A stretch of DNA of 64,000 nt from Bacteroidales bacterium (GTDB taxonomy: Bacteria > Bacteroidota > Bacteroidia > Bacteroidales > UBA932): NCBI GenBank assembly GCA_017530725.1, contig JAFXMA010000082.1, forward strand, positions 7,994 through 71,993, read 5' to 3'. The position numbers and the translations under genes were made by a program. Positions within the stretch are counted from its first letter, which is position 1. Each line of letters starts with the position of its first letter. The notes under the pieces were generated by a model. It was not told where the DNA came from and made no database searches. It worked only from the letters and a program-made list of their open reading frames with translations. Shown here piece after piece: positions 28,298 to 38,166 of this stretch.

Positions 28298-29409
28298 CGG
28301 AAACAACGGAGAGGCAGTTCTTTGCGCTTCTGCGCGCCGGACTTTGGAACGAAGTTCCGGAGCGGGGACCTTTTGCCGTGCCCGTCGATTGGGAAGCCCT
28401 CTACCGCCTCTCGTTCGAGCAGACGGTCGTCCCGCTCGTCACGGACGGCATCAACCGCCTGCCGGCGGACTGTCTCCCGGGTTCCGAACCCGAACGCCTG
28501 GACCCGTTCCTGGGCGACCTGATGGCGACGGCGAAGCGGAACCGGGTCCTGGACACCTTCATCCCGAAACTGTTCAGGGCCCTGGACGGCATTCCCGTCG
28601 TCCTCATCAAGGGGCAGTCCCTGGCACAGGAGTATCCGGAACCGGAACGCCGCCAGCCCGGCGACATCGACCTGCTCCTCGTCCCGGCTTCCTATGAGGC
28701 GGCCAAGGCCGTGCTCCTGCCCAAAGCGACGAAGGTGGAGGAGGAGGTACCTGAAATCTACCACCAGGGTATGCATTACCGCAGTGTGGAAGTGGAAATC
28801 CATGGGAGCATCAGTACGCTGATGTCCAGGAAGTTGGACCGGAAACTTGCAGCATTGCTTGAGGAACAGTTCGACGGTCGGGCGTTCCCCACGGTGTCCA
28901 TCGGCGGGGCGGACATTCCCGTCCCGGAGGCCGGTTTTAACGCCCTCTACATCTTCGTCCATTTCCTGCAGCACTACTGGTCCGGCGGCGTGGGACTCCG
29001 GCAGTTCATCGACTGGATGACCTTCGTCTCCGTCCACAAGCGCGAGATCCATCCCGTCATCCTGGAACAGCGGCTGGAAGACCTCGGCCTGCTCGCCGTC
29101 TGGAAAGTGTTCACCGGCTTTGCGCAGGAATACCTGGGCTGCCCGGCCGAGAAACTGCCCCTGGCCGCCGCCCCGGACCCTGCGAAGAACGCCCGGATCT
29201 GGAAGTATGTCCGGTGGTGCGGCAATTTCGGAAAGAAGCAGGACCGCTCGCGGAAGAAAGAGTCCTTCCTGGTCCGGAAGGTCCATTCCTTCTGGCGCCT
29301 GGTCGTAGCGGACCGGCTGCGTCACTTCACCGTCTTCCCGAAGGAATCCGTCCGCTTTTTCCTGGGGGCATTCGGCTATGGTTTACAAAGACTTGCTAAG
29401 GGAGAATGA
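28270..29409 (+). CDS. Nucleotidyltransferase family protein (NTP_transf_5-like)
   Basis: VLIKGQSLA..YP.P..RQPGDIDLL, VEIH, H...H....GVGLRQFIDW. Start uncertain (GTG 28261 or ATG 28270). Confidence 0.8.
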   Translation: MEGDRDRRITETTERQFFALLRAGLWNEVPERGPFAVPVDWEALYRLSFEQTVVPLVTDGINRLPADCLPGSEPERLDPFLGDLMATAKRNRVLDTFIPKLFRALDGIPVVLIKGQSLAQEYPEPERRQPGDIDLLLVPASYEAAKAVLLPKATKVEEEVPEIYHQGMHYRSVEVEIHGSISTLMSRKLDRKLAALLEEQFDGRAFPTVSIGGADIPVPEAGFNALYIFVHFLQHYWSGGVGLRQFIDWMTFVSVHKREIHPVILEQRLEDLGLLAVWKVFTGFAQEYLGCPAEKLPLAAAPDPAKNARIWKYVRWCGNFGKKQDRSRKKESFLVRKVHSFWRLVVADRLRHFTVFPKESVRFFLGAFGYGLQRLAKGE

Positions 29410-31046
29410 AAGGAATACTCAAATATCTGCGCTGGCTGTGGTCGCACTCCGTAGGGGCGCGGGCGGCGGTCCTGGTGAACATCCTGCTCGGCACCGTGAA
29501 CGTGGGGTTGAACCTGTTTTTCATCTTCCTCTGCAAGCGGCTCGTGGACATCGCCACTGGAACCATGACGGGCAGCCTGGGCTTCTACACGGCGTTGGTC
29601 ATCAGCATCGCCGTCGTCCGGCTCCTGGTCGCTGCCGTCAATGTGCGGGTGGAAAACCTCACCAATTCCAAGATGGGGTTCATCATCCGGAAGGGGCTCT
29701 ACTCCAACCTCCTCTACGCCGAATGGATCGGCAAGGAAAAGCGCCATACGGGTGACACCGTGAACCGCCTTGAGTCCGACGTGAGCATCGTCACCGACGT
29801 CATCTGCTCCGATGTCCCGCAGATTTTCACGACGGTGGTCCAACTGGTCGCCGCCGTCGTGTTCCTGTGCACGATGGACTGGCGGCTCGCCGCCCTGCTG
29901 ATGCTGGTCTCCCCGCTGTTCATCCTGTTCAGCCGGGTCTTCGTCCGCCGGCTCCGGGAGATGACCCGTGGCATCCGGGAGACCGAGAGCCAGGTCCAGA
30001 GCCACCTGCAGGAGAGCCTCCAGCACCGGATGGTGATCCAGTCCATGGAGAATGAGGCCCGGATGGAAGGCCGCCTGGACACGCTCCAGGACCGGGAATA
30101 CGGCCAGATCAAGGCCCGCACCCGGTTCAACATCATCGCCCGCACGATGGTGAGCGCCACCTTCTCGTTCGGCTACATCGCCGCTTTTCTCTGGGGCGTG
30201 TACGGCATTTCCCAAGGGTCCATCACCTTCGGCGTGATGACCGCTTTCCTGCAACTGGTAGGGCAGGTCCAGCGTCCGCTTGTGAACCTCACCCGCCAGA
30301 TTCCTTCCTTCGTGTATTCCACCACGTCCATCGACCGGTTGATGGAAATGGAGGAAGCCCCGAAGGAGGAGGTCGGCGACCCCGTGCGGCTGACCGGTCC
30401 GGCCGGCATCCGGGTGGAAGGCGTCCATTACCGCTATCCCGATGGCAAGCGGATGATCCTGAAAGACTTGACCTACGATTTCCCGCCGCTTTCCCGGACC
30501 GCCATCGTCGGTGAGACCGGGGCGGGGAAGAGCACGCTCATCCGCCTGATGCTGGCCCTGCTGAAACCGGTGGAGGGCCGTGTGGTCCTGTACGACGGTT
30601 CGCAGGAAGTGCCGGCGTCGGCCGCCACCCGCTGCAACCTGGTCTATGTCCCTCAGGGCAACACGCTCTTCAGCGGCTCCGTCCGCGAGAACCTGCTGAT
30701 GGGCGATCCCGATGCGACCGAAGCGCAGATGCGCGCGGCCCTGGAGACGGCCATGGCGGACTTTGTCTTCTCGCTTCCGGAGGGGTTGGACACCTTGTGC
30801 GGCGAAGGCGGCGCCGGCCTCAGCGAGGGCCAGGCGCAGCGCATCGCCATCGCCCGCGGCCTCCTGCGCCCGGGTTCGATTCTGCTGCTGGACGAATTCA
30901 GTTCCTCCCTCGATCCCGAGACCGAGGCGGCGCTGATGGACAATCTCATACAGAAAGCGGCGGGCAAGACGATGATCTTCATTACCCACCGCGAGCGGAT
31001 CGCGCAGCATTGCAGCCGGACCTGCCGGATCGACCGGCTGGCCTAA
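29406..31046 (+). CDS. ABC exporter, fused TMD-NBD
   Basis: N-terminal TM domain; Walker A GETGAGKST, signature LSEGQAQR, Walker B LLLDE, ITHR. Confidence 0.92.
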   Translation: MKGILKYLRWLWSHSVGARAAVLVNILLGTVNVGLNLFFIFLCKRLVDIATGTMTGSLGFYTALVISIAVVRLLVAAVNVRVENLTNSKMGFIIRKGLYSNLLYAEWIGKEKRHTGDTVNRLESDVSIVTDVICSDVPQIFTTVVQLVAAVVFLCTMDWRLAALLMLVSPLFILFSRVFVRRLREMTRGIRETESQVQSHLQESLQHRMVIQSMENEARMEGRLDTLQDREYGQIKARTRFNIIARTMVSATFSFGYIAAFLWGVYGISQGSITFGVMTAFLQLVGQVQRPLVNLTRQIPSFVYSTTSIDRLMEMEEAPKEEVGDPVRLTGPAGIRVEGVHYRYPDGKRMILKDLTYDFPPLSRTAIVGETGAGKSTLIRLMLALLKPVEGRVVLYDGSQEVPASAATRCNLVYVPQGNTLFSGSVRENLLMGDPDATEAQMRAALETAMADFVFSLPEGLDTLCGEGGAGLSEGQAQRIAIARGLLRPGSILLLDEFSSSLDPETEAALMDNLIQKAAGKTMIFITHRERIAQHCSRTCRIDRLA

Positions 31047-32086
31047 CGTTCCTGTTTCATCCTGGCACTGTGCAACTCGTCGTAGGCGAGCCGGTTGTTG
31101 AAGATGTCGATCGCCGTGTAGATGGCGTGGAGCATCGAATGCGGATCGGCCTCGTCGCGGCCCGCCATGTCGTAGGCAGTACCGTGGTCCGGTGAGGTGC
31201 GGACGACCGGGAGGCCGGCCGTGTAGTTCACGCCCTCGGAGAAGGCGAGGGCCTTGAACGGACCGAGGCCCTGGTCGTGGTACATCGCCAGGGTGGCGTC
31301 GAAGCGGCCGTAATTCCCGAGGCCGAAGAATCCGTCGGGGGAGTAGGGACCGAAAGCGAGGATGCCTTCCTCCTGCGCCTGGAGGACGGCCGGGAGGATG
31401 ATTTCCTTCTCCTCGTCGCCGAGGAGGCCGCCGTCACCGCAGTGCGGGTTCAGGCCCAGGACGGCGATCTTGGGCCTCGGAATGGCGAAATCGCGCTCCA
31501 GGGACTCGTTCATCAGGCGGAGTTTCGCGAGGATGCCTTCCTTGGAGATGGAAGAGGGCACATCCTTCAGGGGAATGTGGCCGGTGGCGACGGCGACCCG
31601 GAGTTGGGGCGAGACCATGAGCATCGCGATCTCCCGGGCGCCGAACGCATCCTGCAGGTACTCCGTATGGCCGGTATAGCCGAATCCCTCGGAGGTCATC
31701 GCCCGCTTGTTGATGGGACCGGTCACGAGGACGTCGATGTAGCCGTCCTTCAGGTCCTTCACGGCCGCTTCCAGGGACATCATCGCCGCCTTGGCCGAAT
31801 CGGGGCTGGACTGTCCGGGCTCCGCATAGAAGTTGTCGGGCAGGCAGTTGACGATGTTGATGCGCTTGACGTGGACGTCCTTCGCGGAGTGGATGACGTA
31901 GGTGTCCATCTGGTCGATCTCGTGGATCTGCTTGCGGTAGAAACCGAAGATCTTGGACGAGCCGTACACCACGGGGGTGAAGGAGTCCAGGATGCGGGAA
32001 TCCGCGAGCGACTTGATGAGCACTTCATATCCGATGCCGTTGCTGTCACCCTGGGTGATGCCGACGACGAGTTTGGGCTTGTTCAT
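31043..32086 (-). CDS. pdxA: 4-hydroxythreonine-4-phosphate dehydrogenase
   Basis: GITQGDSNGIGYE, TGPINK, GHTEYL, GLNPH, AMYHDQGL, RTSPDHGTAYD.AG. Confidence 0.95.
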   Translation of the reverse strand: MNKPKLVVGITQGDSNGIGYEVLIKSLADSRILDSFTPVVYGSSKIFGFYRKQIHEIDQMDTYVIHSAKDVHVKRINIVNCLPDNFYAEPGQSSPDSAKAAMMSLEAAVKDLKDGYIDVLVTGPINKRAMTSEGFGYTGHTEYLQDAFGAREIAMLMVSPQLRVAVATGHIPLKDVPSSISKEGILAKLRLMNESLERDFAIPRPKIAVLGLNPHCGDGGLLGDEEKEIILPAVLQAQEEGILAFGPYSPDGFFGLGNYGRFDATLAMYHDQGLGPFKALAFSEGVNYTAGLPVVRTSPDHGTAYDMAGRDEADPHSMLHAIYTAIDIFNNRLAYDELHSARMKQER

Positions 32087-32571
32087 ATATTCAATCCTTG
32101 ATTTTCAGTGATATAGCCGACGTCTTCGCGGAGGTTCTCCCCGCTGGAGTAGGCGGCCACGGCGAGCGCGTCGCAGCGCTCGTTCTCGGGGTGGCCGGCA
32201 TGCCCCTTGAGCCAGTTCAGGGCGACGCGGTGCCGCCGGTACACGGCGTCGAAACGAAGCCACAGGTCCACGTTCTTCTTCTTGGCGAAGCCCGTGCGCT
32301 TCCAGGTCTCGAGCCAGCCTTCGTTCACCGCCTTGACCACGTAGGAGGAGTCGCTCCATACCTGGACTTCGGCGTTGTCCCACTTGATGGCTTCGAGGCC
32401 CTTGATGACCGCGAGGAGTTCCATCCGGTTGTTCGTGGTGAGGCGGTACCCCTCCGACATTTCCTTCCGGAACCCCGCGCAGCAGAGGACGACGCCGAAT
32501 CCGCCCGGTCCGGGGTTGCCGCTGGCGGCCCCGTCGGTATAGAGGAAGATAGGCGGTCGTTTCTGTTGCAT
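32083..32571 (-). CDS. rnhA: Ribonuclease HI
   Basis: YTDGAASGNPGPGG, TTNNRMEL, SDSSYV, KNVDLW, WLKGHAGHPENERCDALA. Confidence 0.97.
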   Translation of the reverse strand: MQQKRPPIFLYTDGAASGNPGPGGFGVVLCCAGFRKEMSEGYRLTTNNRMELLAVIKGLEAIKWDNAEVQVWSDSSYVVKAVNEGWLETWKRTGFAKKKNVDLWLRFDAVYRRHRVALNWLKGHAGHPENERCDALAVAAYSSGENLREDVGYITENQGLNI

Positions 32572-32578
32572 CGTCCTA

Positions 32579-32636
32579 CAAAGATAGCACTTTCCGGCCA
32601 ATAATTTGCTTTCCTAAAGGAAAAACCCTATTTTTG
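32579..32636. promoter_or_regulatory. Divergent promoters for rnhA (-) and the polysaccharide operon (+)
   Basis: CAAAGATA at 32579-32586 (TATCTTTG on the minus strand) and TATTTTTG at 32629-32636. Confidence 0.55.
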
Positions 32637-32663
32637 TATGTTTTATTGCACAATATCGAAAAT

Positions 32664-33494
32664 ATGAAAAACATAGTTGGAGTTACCCTCGCCGTCCTGC
32701 TTGCCACGAGCCTTGTTTCTTGTAATCCCGAGACCTACAAGAAAATCAATTACCTGCAGGACATCCAGGGGGATACCTCCATGTCCATGAAAGTGAACAA
32801 GGGCATCATCATCCAGCCCCAGGACCAACTCTCCATCATCGTCACGAGCCGTGACCCCAAGATGGCCGTCCCGTTCAACCTGTCGGTCTCTTCCTTCTAT
32901 ACCGGTTCCGAACTCTCCTCCGGCGGCGGCGCCAGCCAGCGCATCACCGGCTACATCGTGGACAATGCGGGCAACATCAATTTCCCTTCCCTCGGCACGG
33001 TCCACGTGTCCGGCCTCAACCGCTGGGAACTCCAGGAACTGATCAAGGACCAACTCGCCGACACCGGCCTGCTCCGGGATGCCGTGGTTACGGTCGAATT
33101 CCTGAACTTCAAGATTTCCGTCCTGGGTGAAGTCACCGCTCCCGGAACCTATTCCGTCACCGGCGACAAGATCACCATCCTCCAGGCCCTCGCCCTCGCA
33201 CGGGACCTCACGATCTACGGCCAGCGCGACAATGTCCAGGTCATCCGGGAACAGAACGGCAAGCGCCAAATCTACACCCTGAACCTGACGAACTCCGACA
33301 TCTTCCAGTCTCCCGGCTATTACCTCCAGCAGAACGACGTCGTGTACGTGACCCCGTCCAGGGTCCGTGCCGGCCAGGGCGAAATCAACGAAAACTACTT
33401 CAAGAGCGGTTCTTTCTGGATTTCCCTCGCCAGCATCTCGATGACCACGATCAACTTCATCATCGCCCTCACCCAGATTGGGAAAAACAAATAA
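32664..33494 (+). CDS. wza: Polysaccharide export outer-membrane lipoprotein (Wza/OPX)
   Basis: Lipobox LVSC, IQPQDQLSI.V, YIVD..G.INFP.LG, VLGEV..PG, SLBB domain, LQQNDVVYV.P. Confidence 0.9.
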   Translation: MKNIVGVTLAVLLATSLVSCNPETYKKINYLQDIQGDTSMSMKVNKGIIIQPQDQLSIIVTSRDPKMAVPFNLSVSSFYTGSELSSGGGASQRITGYIVDNAGNINFPSLGTVHVSGLNRWELQELIKDQLADTGLLRDAVVTVEFLNFKISVLGEVTAPGTYSVTGDKITILQALALARDLTIYGQRDNVQVIREQNGKRQIYTLNLTNSDIFQSPGYYLQQNDVVYVTPSRVRAGQGEINENYFKSGSFWISLASISMTTINFIIALTQIGKNK

Positions 33495-33521
33495 TTACCG
33501 GAAACAAAGCAGCAACAGATC

Positions 33522-35948
33522 ATGTCTGAAAGCAACAAGAATAACCTTCCCGTCTATAACGGGCAGGTGAATAACGAAGAAGAACAGTCCCTGCAACTGG
33601 CCGACCTCTGGGCCCTTGTCTGGGACAACAAGTGGTGGTATGTGGCCTGCATCCTGGCCGCCCTGTTCGCGGCCACGTTCTACCTGTACAAGACGCCGAA
33701 AACCTACAGCCGCACGGAGAAGGTCATCGTGGACGAGGACTCGCAGAATTCCATGATGCGCGACCTGACCGCCTTCACGAACTCCGCCCGCCGATATACC
33801 ACCGGCACCAACGTGGACAACGAAATCGAGGCCCTGAGCGCTCCCGACCTGATGCAGAGGGTGGTAACCCGCCTGGGTCTTGAGACCTCCTACGTGGACA
33901 ACCAGTTCCTCCGGGTCCGTGACCTGTACAAGAACACCCCCATCGAGATGCAGATTCCCGGCGAGGTGGCCGCATCGCGGTTCTCGTACGACATCCAGAA
34001 AGGGAAGGACAGCACCTTCGTCATCCGCAATTTCTTCGTCGGTTCCGAGGAATTCAAGGGCATCAAGATCAACGGCCACCTGCAGGACACCGTGGAAACC
34101 CCCATCGGACAGATTATCATCTATCCGACGACCAATTACGAAAAGTGGCGCAATGACATCACGGTCACCTGGGTGAATCCCGCGAGCCGGGCGAAGTCCT
34201 ACTGCTCGAATCTGTCCGCCGGCCTTTCCAGCAAGCAGTCCTCCGTGGTGGTCCTCTCGCTCAAGGACGTCTATCCGGCCCGGGCCGAGGCGGTCCTGGG
34301 TACGCTCCTGGATATCTACAAGGAGGAGTGGGTGGAGAACAAGAACCAGTCCGTCCGGAATACCTCCCTGTTCATCAACGACCGTCTGAATGTCATCGAG
34401 CGGGAACTCGGCGGCATCGAGCAGGACCTGAAGGACTACAAGCAGAGCCATAACATCACGAATGTCCAGCAGGTCGGAAACGCCTACATGCAGCAGTCCA
34501 CGGCCTATTCGGCCCAGGGCTTCGAGGCTTCCAACCAACTCGCGATCGCGAAGATGATCAAGCAGTTCATCAACGATCCGGCCCATGCCAACGACCTGAT
34601 GCCGGCGAACTCCGGCCTCTCCAGCGCGAATATCGAATCCCAGATCCGGGACTACAACACCGCCCTCCTCGAGCGCGACCGTTCCCTCAGTCTTTCCAGT
34701 GAGAACAACCCGTACGTCCAGGACCTGAACAAGAGCCTGGAGATGTACAAACTCGCCGTGAACCGTTCCATCGACAACCTCATCTCCACCCTGCAACTGC
34801 AGGTGAGCAAGATCGAGGCGCAGGAGAACGCCATCCTCGGCCGTCTGTCCTCCACGTCGGGTCAGGAACTGGAACTGCTTTCCATCGAGCGTCAGCAGAA
34901 GGTGAAGGAGCAACTGTACATCTTCCTCCTCCAGAAGCGGGAAGAGAATGAACTGCAGGGACTCCTGACCGTCGGCAATACGCGGCTCATCCAGCGTGCG
35001 ACCGGCAGCAACAGCCCGATCGCCCCGAACCGGATGATGATCCTGCTGATCGCCCTCATCCTGGGCTTCGGCATCCCGTTCGCCGTCTTCTATGTGATGA
35101 AGGTGCTGGACACCACGGTCAAGGGTCGCAACGACCTGGGCAAACTTTCCGTGCCGTTCCTGGCCGAACTGCCCCAGATGGGCAACACGGCCACCTACTG
35201 GGACCGTTTCCGCCTGAACCGTTTCGACCAGAAAAACAACAAGATCCTGGTCCAGCATGGAAAGCGCGACTCCATCAACGAAGCGTTCCGCGTCCTGCGT
35301 ACGAACCTTGACCTGATGATCCATAAGGAGACGGAGACGCAGGCCATCATGGTCACGTCCTTCAATCCGAATGCCGGTAAGACTTTCACGCTGATGAACC
35401 TCGCCGCCGCCATGGCCCTGAAGGGCAACAAGCGGGCGGTCATCGTGGACCTGGACCTGCGGAAGGCCACCCTGTCCAAGTCGCTGGGTAAGAACGGGAC
35501 CGGCGTCGCCGCGTTCCTGAACGCCAAGTACGACGACCCTTACGAGCATATCGTCAATGTCCAGGAGAACCTGGATCTCCTTCCGGTGGGTTCCATTCCG
35601 CCGAACCCGGCCGAACTGCTGGTCTCCGACCGTCTGGGGGCCCTGATCGATGCGCTCAAGCGGCGTTACGACTATGTATTCCTCGATTGCGCCCCGATCG
35701 ACCTGGTCGCCGATACGAGCATTATCGCTCCCAATGCCGACATCACGGTATTCATCCTCCGCGCCGGGCTGTTTGACAAGCGGGCCCTTCCTGCCGTGGA
35801 AGAGATGTACAACGAGGGCAAGTACAACCGCATGGCCATCATCCTCAACGGTGTCGAAACCTATTCCGGCCGCCATGGCTACGGGTATGGTTACGGCTAT
35901 GGTTATGGCTACGGGTACGGTTACGGAAACGAGGAGAACAAGAACTGA
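33522..35948 (+). CDS. wzc: Polysaccharide co-polymerase / BY-kinase (Wzc)
   Basis: Two TM helices flanking a coiled coil; EAFRVLRTN, TSFNPNAGKT, VDLDLRK, PPNPAELL, DCAP; C-terminal (GY)8 tyrosine cluster. Confidence 0.92.
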   Translation: MSESNKNNLPVYNGQVNNEEEQSLQLADLWALVWDNKWWYVACILAALFAATFYLYKTPKTYSRTEKVIVDEDSQNSMMRDLTAFTNSARRYTTGTNVDNEIEALSAPDLMQRVVTRLGLETSYVDNQFLRVRDLYKNTPIEMQIPGEVAASRFSYDIQKGKDSTFVIRNFFVGSEEFKGIKINGHLQDTVETPIGQIIIYPTTNYEKWRNDITVTWVNPASRAKSYCSNLSAGLSSKQSSVVVLSLKDVYPARAEAVLGTLLDIYKEEWVENKNQSVRNTSLFINDRLNVIERELGGIEQDLKDYKQSHNITNVQQVGNAYMQQSTAYSAQGFEASNQLAIAKMIKQFINDPAHANDLMPANSGLSSANIESQIRDYNTALLERDRSLSLSSENNPYVQDLNKSLEMYKLAVNRSIDNLISTLQLQVSKIEAQENAILGRLSSTSGQELELLSIERQQKVKEQLYIFLLQKREENELQGLLTVGNTRLIQRATGSNSPIAPNRMMILLIALILGFGIPFAVFYVMKVLDTTVKGRNDLGKLSVPFLAELPQMGNTATYWDRFRLNRFDQKNNKILVQHGKRDSINEAFRVLRTNLDLMIHKETETQAIMVTSFNPNAGKTFTLMNLAAAMALKGNKRAVIVDLDLRKATLSKSLGKNGTGVAAFLNAKYDDPYEHIVNVQENLDLLPVGSIPPNPAELLVSDRLGALIDALKRRYDYVFLDCAPIDLVADTSIIAPNADITVFILRAGLFDKRALPAVEEMYNEGKYNRMAIILNGVETYSGRHGYGYGYGYGYGYGYGYGNEENKN

Positions 35949-36670
35949 TGTTTGGTCTTTTCCAGCGACACCGGTCCATCCTTGACGCCGGGCTGCTGAA
36001 GGGTGCCGTGGACAACCACAGCCATATCCTGTATGGCCTGGACGACGGTGTCAAGACGCAGGAAGACTCCCTGGCCATCCTCCGTTGGCTGGAGGAACAG
36101 GGTGTCTCGGAAGTTTGGTGCACGCCGCACGTCATGGAGGATGTTCCCAATACGACGGAAGGTATTCGCGCGCGCTTCGAGGAACTCAAGGCCGTCTATG
36201 ACGGGGGACTGAGGCTGAATCTTGCGGCGGAGTACATGATCGACACCCTTTTTGAGGAACGCCTCGCCCAGCATGACCTTTTGGAGCATGGGGAGGAAGT
36301 CGTCCTGGTGGAAACCTCGGCGATCGCCCCGCCCATCAACCTCTGGACCGTTCTGGAGCGCATGCTCAAGTCCGGCTATCGCCCCTTGATCGCCCATCCC
36401 GAGCGTTATCGCTACATGGACATGAGCGATTATAAGGAACTCCACAACATGGGTTGCCACTTCCAGATGAACCTTCCTTCCATCGTCGGCTTCTACGGAG
36501 AGTCCGTCCGGCAACGGGCGCTGTACCTCCTGGATAAAGGCTGGTACCGGATGGTGGGTTCCGACTGTCACCGTTTCCGGGCCATCCAGGCCCAGTATTC
36601 GGCCAAGGAACTGAAGAAAGAGACGATTGAGAAACTGTCCGGCTTGATGGACAGTTCCGACGAGATATAG
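35948..36670 (+). CDS. PHP-family tyrosine phosphatase (CpsB/CapC)
   Basis: DNHSHILYGLDDG, TPH, AAEY, IAHPERY, GSDCH. Confidence 0.9.
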   Translation: MFGLFQRHRSILDAGLLKGAVDNHSHILYGLDDGVKTQEDSLAILRWLEEQGVSEVWCTPHVMEDVPNTTEGIRARFEELKAVYDGGLRLNLAAEYMIDTLFEERLAQHDLLEHGEEVVLVETSAIAPPINLWTVLERMLKSGYRPLIAHPERYRYMDMSDYKELHNMGCHFQMNLPSIVGFYGESVRQRALYLLDKGWYRMVGSDCHRFRAIQAQYSAKELKKETIEKLSGLMDSSDEI

Positions 36671-36712
36671 GCCGGAATACCGGTTTCCTGGAGAGAAAAC
36701 CGGTTCCGGCCT
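36668..36712 (+). terminator. Long stem-loop between cpsB and rfbD
   Basis: aggccggaataccggttt...aaaccggttccggcct; no clear U-tract. Confidence 0.4.
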
Positions 36713-36763
36713 TCCTGCTCCGTCCATGCCGAATGGGCGGAGGAATATAATTCATATACCTAC

Positions 36764-37636
36764 ATGAACATTCTGGTAACCGGCGCCAACGGCCAACTCG
36801 GAACGGAACTGCGGAACGCATCCGCAGGGGCCTCCGACCGTTATGTCTTCACCGATGTCACCTCCCTTCCTGGGGTGGACACGGTGTATCTTGACATCAC
36901 CAACCGCGATGCGGTCCGGCTCATCTGCGAATCGGAGCAGGTGGACGTCATCGTGAACTGCGCCGCCTACACCAACGTGGACAAGGCTGAGGACGATGTG
37001 CAGATGGCGGACCTCCTGAACCACCTTGCTCCCGGAATCCTGGCGGAAGTCGCGGCGGAGCGGGGGGCGCATCTCATCCACATCTCCACGGACTATGTGT
37101 TCCGGGGGGACATCGCCCTTCCTTGCCGGGAGGACTGGCCGGTCCATCCGAACGGGGTGTACGGGGCCACGAAACTCCAGGGGGAACAGGCCGTGCAGGA
37201 CGCCGGCTGTTCCTGGCAGATCTTCCGCACGGCATGGCTCTACTCGCCGTACGGGAAGAACTTCGTGAAGACGATGCGGCAACTGACGGCAGAACGGCCG
37301 GTGCTGAAGGTCGTCTTTGACCAGGTGGGCACCCCCACCTACGCCCGGGACCTGGCGGATCTCATCTGCAAGGTCATCTCGGAGCGGAAGATGGACAAGG
37401 GAGGCATCTATCACTTCTCCGACGAAGGTGTATGCTCCTGGTTCGACTTCGCGTGTGCCATCCGGGATCTGTCCGGAAACACGTGCGACATCCGGCCCTG
37501 CCATTCCGACGAGTACCCTTCCAAGGTCCGGAGGCCCCATTTCTCGGTCCTGGACAAGACCAGGGTGAAGGAGACTTTCGGGGTGGAGGTGCCGCATTGG
37601 TTTGATTCGTTGAAAAAATGCATTGACAGACTATGA
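36764..37636 (+). CDS. rfbD: dTDP-4-dehydrorhamnose reductase
   Basis: ILVTGANGQLG, NCAAYTNVDKAE, HISTDYVF, YGATK..GE, DQVGTPT. Confidence 0.95.
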   Translation: MNILVTGANGQLGTELRNASAGASDRYVFTDVTSLPGVDTVYLDITNRDAVRLICESEQVDVIVNCAAYTNVDKAEDDVQMADLLNHLAPGILAEVAAERGAHLIHISTDYVFRGDIALPCREDWPVHPNGVYGATKLQGEQAVQDAGCSWQIFRTAWLYSPYGKNFVKTMRQLTAERPVLKVVFDQVGTPTYARDLADLICKVISERKMDKGGIYHFSDEGVCSWFDFACAIRDLSGNTCDIRPCHSDEYPSKVRRPHFSVLDKTRVKETFGVEVPHWFDSLKKCIDRL

Positions 37637-38166
37637 ATATCATCGAGACCGGAATCGAAGGACTGGTGATCGTGGACCCCAAGGTTTTCGGGGACGCGCG
37701 CGGGTATTTCTTCGAAGTGTTCAATGAACGCGAGTTTGCCGAGAAGGTGGGCCCCGTCCATTTCGTGCAGGACAATGAGAGCAAGTCACGGTATGGCGTC
37801 GTGCGCGGGCTTCATTTCCAGAAAGGGGAGTTCGCCCAGGCGAAACTGGTACGCGTGGTGAGCGGATCCGTGCTGGACGTGGCCGTGGACCTGCGCGAGG
37901 GCTCTCCCACCTACGGGCAGTGGCGTGCGGAGGAACTGACGGGGGAGAATCACCGGATGATGTTCATCCCCAGGGGATTCGCCCACGGATTCAGCGTCCT
38001 GAGCGAAGAGGTCATATTCCAGTACAAGTGCGACAACTTCTATTGCCCGGCTTCCGAGGGGGCCATCGCGTGGAACGATCCCACGCTCGCCATCGACTGG
38101 CGCGTTCCCGAGGCCGATATCATCCTTTCCGAAAAAGACAAACATCATCCTTTCCTGTATGAATAG
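37633..38166 (+). CDS. rfbC: dTDP-4-dehydrorhamnose 3,5-epimerase
   Basis: FGDARGYFFE, FVQDNES.S, RGLHFQ, QAKLVR, DVAVDLR, GFAHGF. Confidence 0.96.
   Translation: MNIIETGIEGLVIVDPKVFGDARGYFFEVFNEREFAEKVGPVHFVQDNESKSRYGVVRGLHFQKGEFAQAKLVRVVSGSVLDVAVDLREGSPTYGQWRAEELTGENHRMMFIPRGFAHGFSVLSEEVIFQYKCDNFYCPASEGAIAWNDPTLAIDWRVPEADIILSEKDKHHPFLYE

Noticed and set aside
35877-35927. (GGNTAY)8 hexamer repeat as a possible slippage or phase-variation tract
   Set aside because: Codons are synonymously varied and encode the standard Wzc C-terminal tyrosine cluster (GY)8.
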